From Pseudomonadota bacterium (GTDB lineage Bacteria > Pseudomonadota > Gammaproteobacteria > Competibacterales > Competibacteraceae), in assembly GCA_030917925.1 (NCBI GenBank), contig JAUPTV010000232.1:7082-71081 (forward strand): a stretch of DNA of 64,000 nt, given 5' to 3'. The position numbers were made by a program, and so were the translations under genes. The notes under the pieces are model-generated. The model did not search any database, was not told the origin of the DNA, and saw only the letters and a program-made list of their open reading frames with translations. Shown piece after piece: positions 20,514 through 29,025 of the stretch; position 1 is the first letter of the stretch; the number at the start of each line of letters is the position of its first letter.

Positions 20514-21494
20514 ATGGCGACTCATCCCCAGTTAATCTACAAGTACCGCATCGACACGGCCAGCATGACGGCTGAATATCCACCCCGCTGGCGGCATCCC
20601 AACAAGCAGCGAGTTTATGAAATAGCCTGTCCGCCAGGCAGTAGGCACCACGGCCAGATTCAGTTATCGCGCTGGTGTGATTTTCCGTTGCCGGGTACGC
20701 TCCCGAATACGCCGTCTGCTGTGTTCGAGATCAGCGAGAGCCTCTTTCAATACGAACTGGCCTTACCCGGAACTACGGCGTGGTATTTGAATTTTGCTCA
20801 TCATGACCTGTTTGTCGCTTACGGCAGTCCCTTATTAGCGCAAGATGAGTTACAAGTGGCCGAGCATCCGACCCTGGGATCGCTACGCGAGGCGTTGCAG
20901 GCGCGAAGCATTACGCCGCTGACCGTGGAAAACGGCAAGCCGACGCCCATGTTGATCAAAGGGATTGAACGACGGTGCTGTATTGCGACGGACGCCAATG
21001 CGGAACAGTTACGACCGCATGGACTGTATGGCAACCACTTTGCCCGCGCTTCGCTGGAGGCCGTGGAACGTGCAGTGACCCGGATTGATCCCCCGACCCG
21101 AACGAATCTGATTGCTATCGAAGCGCCGCCCGGCGGACAGGGCGCTTATACGATAGAGCAGATTTTGTACATTCTCAGCACAGCCTACAGCGGTTTTGCG
21201 GCCGCCAAGGTGGAAGCCGACGCGGATACGACGACCACGATCCATACAGGTTTCTGGGGTTGCGGCGCTTATGGCGGCAACCGTGTGCTGATGACGTTAC
21301 TGCAATTGTTGGCGGTCAACCTGGCCCAAGCGCAGCATTTGATTTTTCATAGCTTTGATGAGGCTGGGTCAAAAGTATGCCGAGAAGCGCAGACCCGGTT
21401 TAGCGAAGCGTTCGCGGGAGTGACGCAATTGTCGGCGATCATTGAGCGCATTCAGGCCATGAACTTTCAATGGGGCGTCAGCGACGGCAACTGA
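20514..21494 (+). CDS. poly(ADP-ribose) glycohydrolase (canonical PARG)-like macrodomain protein, divergent active-site loop
   Basis: 326 aa with SD AAGGAG at 20498-20503. NFAHHDLFVAYGSPLLAQDELQVAEHPTL parallels the PARG FANRFLGGGV..VQEEIRF..PEL motif. TGFWGCGAYGGNRVLMTLLQLLA parallels [23 protein letters not shown]. The human PARG sequence is from memory. Confidence 0.65.
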   Translation: MATHPQLIYKYRIDTASMTAEYPPRWRHPNKQRVYEIACPPGSRHHGQIQLSRWCDFPLPGTLPNTPSAVFEISESLFQYELALPGTTAWYLNFAHHDLFVAYGSPLLAQDELQVAEHPTLGSLREALQARSITPLTVENGKPTPMLIKGIERRCCIATDANAEQLRPHGLYGNHFARASLEAVERAVTRIDPPTRTNLIAIEAPPGGQGAYTIEQILYILSTAYSGFAAAKVEADADTTTTIHTGFWGCGAYGGNRVLMTLLQLLAVNLAQAQHLIFHSFDEAGSKVCREAQTRFSEAFAGVTQLSAIIERIQAMNFQWGVSDGN

Positions 21495-21544
21495 TGATGA
21501 TTCGTTATTTCGGACTGACCGGGTAAAAACGTTAGCCTACAGGC

Positions 21545-21967
21545 GTGGAAAAAGCGGATGATCTGCGTCATTATTGTTCAGAGCGGTTTCAGTCAGCGAG
21601 GTTTTGGCAATGCTTTGCTGATGTCCCCATTGATTTGCGCTTTGATCTGGTGTTACTGATGGGGAACGGGTTGGGGATTTTCGGCGATGAGCAGTCAACG
21701 CTGACCGGGTTACGTCAGATTCATGGCTTGCTGAATCCGGGCGGGGTTTTGGTGATGGAAACGGGCAATCCGTTTGCTCGCGGTGATTTTTTGGTTTCCC
21801 GGTTCACAATTAGCTACCGTAATCAGATCGATGGACCGTTCCCTTGGGGATATGCTTCGCGTTGGTGGTTGGAGCGAAATTTAGCGGTAACTGGTTATCA
21901 GTTAGATCAGGTCGTTCGGTCGTCCGCGCCAGGTGGATTTTTTATCGCGTGTGCATTGAAAGTGTGA
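21545..21967 (+). pseudogene. 5'-truncated class I SAM-dependent methyltransferase remnant
   Basis: A 140-aa GTG ORF retains the post-motif-I part (FDLVLLMGNGLGIF...LLNPGGVLVMETGNP). It lacks the N-terminal GxGxG SAM-binding motif. Only about 50 bp separate it from the upstream gene. Confidence 0.45.
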
Positions 21968-22054
21968 TTGATCGGCTAAATTCAACCGGCTAATCCCATT
22001 TTTACCAGAAATAAAGGTAGAAATGGTTAACCTAAAAATAAAGAGGATTTAAAA

Positions 22055-24175
22055 ATGACTGTGCAAGAACTATTGAACCTGATCTCTGGGGAAGAAGGCC
22101 AATTTAGAGGAAAGAAGTTTGACTTACCAAAGCATGATTTAGAAGGTGGTGTAGAATCAGGAGGACTATTTCTCCATCAAGCAGAATGCATTGAGAGTTT
22201 CTTTCAAGCTTGGCCATTAAATGGAATTATACATCTTCCAACTGGAGCAGGAAAAACTCGGGTAGCTTTGGAGATAATAAAACGGTGTAATAAAGAAAAC
22301 CCAAATACCAAGTTTATTTGGGCGACATACCCTGTTAGTCTTATCAGGCAAGGGATGGCAAGGTTAGTTGAAATTTCACCTAGTCTTTTTAGAGATTCTT
22401 CACTTCAAAGCTTTATTTGGGCTAATGGTAGAACATTGAAAAATTCTTTAAATCAAGCTGATATAGTTTTTTTGATGAGAGATCACTTGGGTATATTTCT
22501 TGAAAAATCTATAAAAAATAAAAACTCGCTTCGGAAATTTTTGAGTAATACTGAAAATCGTCTCGTTATTATTTATGATGAGTGCCATCAAATGGGTGCA
22601 GAATTATTGCGTGAAAGGTGGACAAAGTTTCAAGAAAATATTCCGCAAAATAACGTTTCAATTATTGGATTAAGTGCAACACCTTTACCAACTACTGGGG
22701 AAGGCAAAGATTTTTTAAAAAAAGTTTTTCCTGTTAAGCAGCAATGTAAAGGTATTTACCCACATCTTGAAACTTTAATTTATTATAGTGCAAATAATAA
22801 AGATTTAGTTGATAAAGAAATTTTGTGTCCGATCAATCTGTCGTTACAAAAAACAGGAATATTTGATATTCCGAAAGAAATTCTTGTTGATGTGATATGT
22901 AATTCTAGAATTATCTCTTCATTTCCGGAAAACTCTAGTAGAGATCGGTTGGAAGAATTTGCTAGACAATTTAATCGCGACGTAATGAGTTCAAATAAGG
23001 TTTTAGACTTTTTAGGTAAAACAATCGGAGATCATCTTTCTATACTTGGTAAAACTCTGGTATTTGTGCCTACTATTAATGCAGCAAATTATTTAACCAG
23101 CGTTTTTCGTAACCATCCCAAATTAGGTACAGGAAAAGTTTCAGTTGTGCATAGTAAAATAGGTGAAATGGAAGAGATAAATCAAAATGACAATAATCAG
23201 GATCCCTTTAATCCCTATAGGCAAATTGAAGCGTTCCAAAACTATGGAGATAAGCCCTGTGTAATGGTAAATGTAGGGATGCTTACAACGGGGTTTGATG
23301 ATCCAAAAATTAGAACAATTGTTCTTGCGCGGCTAACGTTATCCAAAAATTTGTTTTGGCAAATGATTGGCAGAGGTACTCGTGGAATTTCGGTAAAGGG
23401 TACCTCAGATGTATTTGTGATTGATCCCATAAGATTGACCGATAAATTTAGCGTTATGGAAGGATATTTTTATGGCATTAAAGCTCCTAATATTAATGAA
23501 ATTGCAAGTAAAGTAGTTGGTAATGAAATTTTTTCACAAGAAAGTTATCCAACTATTGATTCACTACCAATTCCAGGATCTGATGATAGCCGAATGCACA
23601 TAGATCAAACCGTTAAAGAAGATGTTATTCATGCACTAAAGACCTTCCTTGGAGGGGATAATGCTATCGGAGGAGATAATGTTATTTCAGTAGATGATTT
23701 TGTAAAGATTGTGAAGGAAACACAAGTCACATACGATGATAAAAGTGCAAGGTGGCAACTATCCAAAGTAGTTGATCAACAACAGTTGCCAGATTCAAAT
23801 CATTTATCTTTTTGCAACCATTTGATTAAAAATGCAGAAAACCATTTGAAGGCAGACTTATCTTGGTTAAACAACCATCTGCCGCTAGTATTTAATGAAG
23901 GAGGGATCAAGAGTTTTTTTGCGAGAGTTAAATTTATTGAAGCACATGCTGTACTTACATCATCGGATTATGATGAAAAAATAACGCAATTAATGATGAG
24001 CAGTTTGCCTGAAAAAAAGGCAGAAAATGAAATTCACGTTAATAAATCATCAAGTAACCAAAAACCTGAAAACATTCCACAATTAGTGAAGATTAAAAAT
24101 GAATCAATGATTAATGCGATGTTTTTTTCACATGATGGCATGTATTATATTAGGAATAGATCGACAGCAAGGTAA
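22055..24175 (+). CDS. SF2 (ResIII/DEAD-like) helicase; the 3' end runs into WD40 blade 1 and then frameshifts
   Basis: 706 aa with motif I LPTGAGKTRVA, motif II IIYDECHQ, motif III GLSATP and motif VI QMIGRGTRG. The last residues INAMFFSHDGMYYI are WD40-like. Confidence 0.8.
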   Translation: MTVQELLNLISGEEGQFRGKKFDLPKHDLEGGVESGGLFLHQAECIESFFQAWPLNGIIHLPTGAGKTRVALEIIKRCNKENPNTKFIWATYPVSLIRQGMARLVEISPSLFRDSSLQSFIWANGRTLKNSLNQADIVFLMRDHLGIFLEKSIKNKNSLRKFLSNTENRLVIIYDECHQMGAELLRERWTKFQENIPQNNVSIIGLSATPLPTTGEGKDFLKKVFPVKQQCKGIYPHLETLIYYSANNKDLVDKEILCPINLSLQKTGIFDIPKEILVDVICNSRIISSFPENSSRDRLEEFARQFNRDVMSSNKVLDFLGKTIGDHLSILGKTLVFVPTINAANYLTSVFRNHPKLGTGKVSVVHSKIGEMEEINQNDNNQDPFNPYRQIEAFQNYGDKPCVMVNVGMLTTGFDDPKIRTIVLARLTLSKNLFWQMIGRGTRGISVKGTSDVFVIDPIRLTDKFSVMEGYFYGIKAPNINEIASKVVGNEIFSQESYPTIDSLPIPGSDDSRMHIDQTVKEDVIHALKTFLGGDNAIGGDNVISVDDFVKIVKETQVTYDDKSARWQLSKVVDQQQLPDSNHLSFCNHLIKNAENHLKADLSWLNNHLPLVFNEGGIKSFFARVKFIEAHAVLTSSDYDEKITQLMMSSLPEKKAENEIHVNKSSSNQKPENIPQLVKIKNESMINAMFFSHDGMYYIRNRSTAR

Positions 24176-24953
24176 CATTAAGCTTTGGGATGCATTTGAT
24201 GGAAAAGAGATAAGAACATTTAAACATGGTGATTGGGTAAGTTCAGCATCTATTTCAATGGATAATCGTTATCTTTTATCTGTAGGTGATGATGACGTAA
24301 AAATTTGGATGGTTAATGATGGATGCGAATACCGAACCTTTAAAGGAGGATATGAAGAAGCGATGCTTTCGCCAAACAATTTTAATGTACTCATGGGAAA
24401 TCGCAATTTATTTGCATTGCACAGAGTAGATAATAAAGAAAAATTAAGGGTTTTTCCTGTTACTGAACCAAATAGAAGTAATAAAAGAAGAGTCGATACT
24501 ATAGCATTTTCACCAGATGGTTGCTATGCGTTAGCAGGGCAGAACTATGGGACTCTCAGATTATGGGAAATGGATAGTGGGAAAGAATTAGGTGTACTTA
24601 GACCTAAGCGTTACTGTTCAGTGCACACTGTAGTATTCTCATTCAACGGAAATTATGCATTATCGAGCCATAGCCCTGATGTAATACTTTGGGACATTAA
24701 AAATCTCCAAGAATTGCAAATTTTTAGAGGTCATTCTGATCTAGTCCGTGCTGTGGCTTTCTCAAAAGATGGTAACTATATATTATCGGGGGGTGATGAT
24801 AAAACTCTCAGGCTCTGGACAGTGAAAAATGGTCAAGAATTAAAAATTTTTACTGATGACTCTGATATTTTAGCAGTGGCTTTTTCACAAGATGGCCGTT
24901 ATGTGATTTCAGCAAGTCGGGATAACACAATAAGACGGTGGCCTGTCAAGTGA
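24114..24953 (+). CDS. WD40 beta-propeller (continuation of the helicase in the +1 frame; about 7 blades when joined)
   Basis: Repeats include GNIKLWD, DDDVKIWMV, GTLRLWEMDSGKEL, GHSDLVRAVAFSKDGNYILSGGDDKTLRLWTV and SASRDNTIRRW. There is no SD before the ATG at 24114, and 62 nt overlap the helicase ORF. Confidence 0.75.
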   Translation: MRCFFHMMACIILGIDRQQGNIKLWDAFDGKEIRTFKHGDWVSSASISMDNRYLLSVGDDDVKIWMVNDGCEYRTFKGGYEEAMLSPNNFNVLMGNRNLFALHRVDNKEKLRVFPVTEPNRSNKRRVDTIAFSPDGCYALAGQNYGTLRLWEMDSGKELGVLRPKRYCSVHTVVFSFNGNYALSSHSPDVILWDIKNLQELQIFRGHSDLVRAVAFSKDGNYILSGGDDKTLRLWTVKNGQELKIFTDDSDILAVAFSQDGRYVISASRDNTIRRWPVK

Positions 24954-25035
24954 TGAGAATCTTAATAAAGCCTGCGGCTACTACCTAAAGCCTGATCACC
25001 TGAAAAGTCGGTCATCGTGTACTATTATAGCTCCC

Positions 25036-25412
25036 ATGGAAGCTATTAAATTTGATGAAAGCTCTCAAGAGAACTTTAAAATAAACCCGCTACCGATCCC
25101 GCCCCCCGTTCGACGCGCCATCGAGAAACTGGGCGCTGACATAGCCCTGGCCCGCCGACGCCGACGCATCTCCCAAGCGTCACTGGCCGAGCGCATGGGC
25201 GCGTCCGTATCAACCGTGAAGCGGTTGGAGAACGGCGATTTGCGAGTACCATTCACTTCATTGCCCGGGCGCTCCACGTCTTCGGCGAAATTGAACGACT
25301 CGCGAACCTTCTGGATACGGCGGAGGATGCCATTGGCCTCGCGCTCATGGATGACCAACTCCCGCAGCGTATCCGCACCCGCAAGTCAACGCCTGACGCG
25401 GGGGCGCTGTAA
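25036..25412 (+). pseudogene. XRE-family HTH (HipB-like antitoxin type), frameshifted
   Basis: The HTH ISQASLAERMGASVSTVKRLENGD is in the track frame. From about 25250 the +1 frame reads HFIARALHVFGEIERLANLLDTAEDAIGLALMDDQLPQRIRTRKSTPDAGAL* (stop 25410-25412). This is the conserved C-terminus of this family (recall). Confidence 0.6.
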
Positions 25413-25457
25413 AGTCGGTACATTGAAGCGTGCAGCAACACCTAACAGCGGGCTCGG

Positions 25458-26462
25458 CTACCCTTCTCGCTGATAACGCTCCGCCAGTTTTCGCACCCGT
25501 TCCGCGAATTCCTCACGCAACGCCACCGGTTCCAGCACCTCCACCTGTTCGCCGAACCCCAGCAGCCACCAACGCAATTGCAAGGTATCGCGCACCATCG
25601 CCGTCAACCGGTACCGACCATCGGACTGTTGTTCCAAAACCTGATCCTCGGCCAATGCCGATTCACTCAAATGAAAGGCCACGTTGCCATCGATTAGCGC
25701 CGTGAGCGGAATCCACTCGCCCCTGATCATATCGAAGGCCCCGCTCTGGATATAAGCATCCAGATCGAAGTCCGGCGGCGTCCGGCGCGGCGTATTCAGC
25801 AACTCAGCGCTCTCAAACCGATGCAAAACCAACTGAATGACGTTGTCGTATTCCTTCAAACAACACACCAGATAAATCACCTGATCCCGCACCACCAGCC
25901 CCAGCGGATTGATCTCATAACCCTTGGTCCCCCCGGTTCCGAAACGCGGCCGGTAATGGGCGTAGAATCGCTGCCCCTGCAACAAAGCATCGTAAATCAC
26001 CGCCAACACCTCGTCCCGAATCGCCGGAGCCTGCAAGCGTTGCCCCCGTGATAGAACCCGGATTTGATCCAGCCAGCCGCTCAATTCCGGCCCACTCGCG
26101 CCCTCCAGCACCGCGTCAGCATTCTCTAGATAAGGATTGAGAAACTTCAGCACGGAGGGCGGCAACAGTCGGCGCAAGTGCAGATCCACAAATTTCAGGG
26201 TCAGGGCTGTGTGCGGATCCAGTCCGGGAATGTTCAATACTCCGGCGACTTTCAGCCAACTCCAGCCAAATTGATTCTGGTTGTCCGAACACCGCAACGG
26301 AAAATAGGACTCCAATTTGATCAAATCCCGCTGGATGGTGCGTAGCGTGACCTTGTAGCCGTGATCGACCAGTTTTCGGCGCATGTCCTGAACGGTGATC
26401 CACGAGGGTTCACGAGGAATCATCCGCAACATCGTCAGATAACGAATCGTCGTGTCCATCAA
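25458..26462 (-). CDS. wHTH-WYL-WCX transcriptional regulator (BrxR/CapW-like)
   Basis: 334 aa. The N-terminus IRYLTMLRMIPREP..ITVQDMRRKLVDHGYKVTLRTIQRDLIKLE is the typical wHTH. The central region YHLVVRDQVIYLVCCL is WYL-like. Confidence 0.75.
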   Translation of the reverse strand: MMDTTIRYLTMLRMIPREPSWITVQDMRRKLVDHGYKVTLRTIQRDLIKLESYFPLRCSDNQNQFGWSWLKVAGVLNIPGLDPHTALTLKFVDLHLRRLLPPSVLKFLNPYLENADAVLEGASGPELSGWLDQIRVLSRGQRLQAPAIRDEVLAVIYDALLQGQRFYAHYRPRFGTGGTKGYEINPLGLVVRDQVIYLVCCLKEYDNVIQLVLHRFESAELLNTPRRTPPDFDLDAYIQSGAFDMIRGEWIPLTALIDGNVAFHLSESALAEDQVLEQQSDGRYRLTAMVRDTLQLRWWLLGFGEQVEVLEPVALREEFAERVRKLAERYQREG

Positions 26463-26856
26463 ATTTCCCTGCTTTTTTATTATTAATCAAATTTTTAAAC
26501 CGGAAAACGGGCGAATGGAAGCCGGCTGGACCGGTTGCCAGCAGACTTGTCCAATCCGCCCGATTCCGGACAATGCGTCCACTCAAAACTATATAATTTT
26601 AGTACGCTCATTCGCGAGGTAGACACTGCGAAACGACAAGTGCGAAGGCGGTTTTTCTGGTCTCCAGCGATATCTTTGTCCCAAACCAGCACATTGACTT
26701 TGCGCCTAACCAGCACACTCTCAAAAAAAAAGCCTGATCCCTCCCCGCCTTGAAAGAGGGGGGCTCTCGCGGAAAAGCCTGATAAAAAGATGCGCAACCG
26801 AGACTCAATCTCTCGTTTAATCGGGAGAATGGATCTTGGTTGGAGCTGAGACGCTA

Positions 26857-28890
<2,034 letters not shown>

Positions 28891-29025
28891 GTTCTAAAAT
28901 GATTAGAACACAGCGCCGTGCATACTGCATAGACTTGACACTGACATCATTTAAACTGGCCTCACTCCTGCCCTGCTCTCAAAGGGTGAGGGTTTTTACA
29001 GCTTCTTAAAGCGAGGTGGAATCTC

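Larger units (their letters stand above)
21970..25085. other. AT-rich (about one-third G+C by eye) foreign DNA insert in a ~60% G+C background
   Basis: Sampled 60-nt lines here count 27-40% G+C, against about 67% in the neighbouring operon. Composition switches abruptly after the methyltransferase stop. It switches back at about 25085, inside the XRE ORF. Confidence 0.8.

Noticed and set aside
24122-24128. The T7 homopolymer as the site of the helicase/WD40 frameshift.
   Set aside because: The helicase frame still reads a good WD-like segment (MFFSHDGMYYI) for about 20 nt beyond the T-run. The frame change must therefore be at about 24143-24152, not in the homopolymer.
25413-25457. A possible hipA remnant after the XRE gene.
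   Set aside because: Only about 45 bp are available and no recognisable HipA N-terminal coding signal is present. It cannot be supported.
24987-26783. The 10-11-bp direct repeat AAAGCCTGAT(C) at 24987-24997, 26729-26739 and 26774-26783, which brackets the XRE-WYL pair and could mark att or target-site duplications.
   Set aside because: In a 2-kb span, about one or two exact 10-mer repeats are expected by chance. No accompanying inverted repeats or recombinase gene are present.
26720-26790. An A9/T9 run with adjacent C/G-rich segments downstream of thiC, as an intrinsic terminator.
   Set aside because: Only a 5-bp stem (CCCTC/GAGGG) with a 13-nt loop can be drawn, and it is separated from the T-run by 7 nt. 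This is not a convincing canonical terminator.
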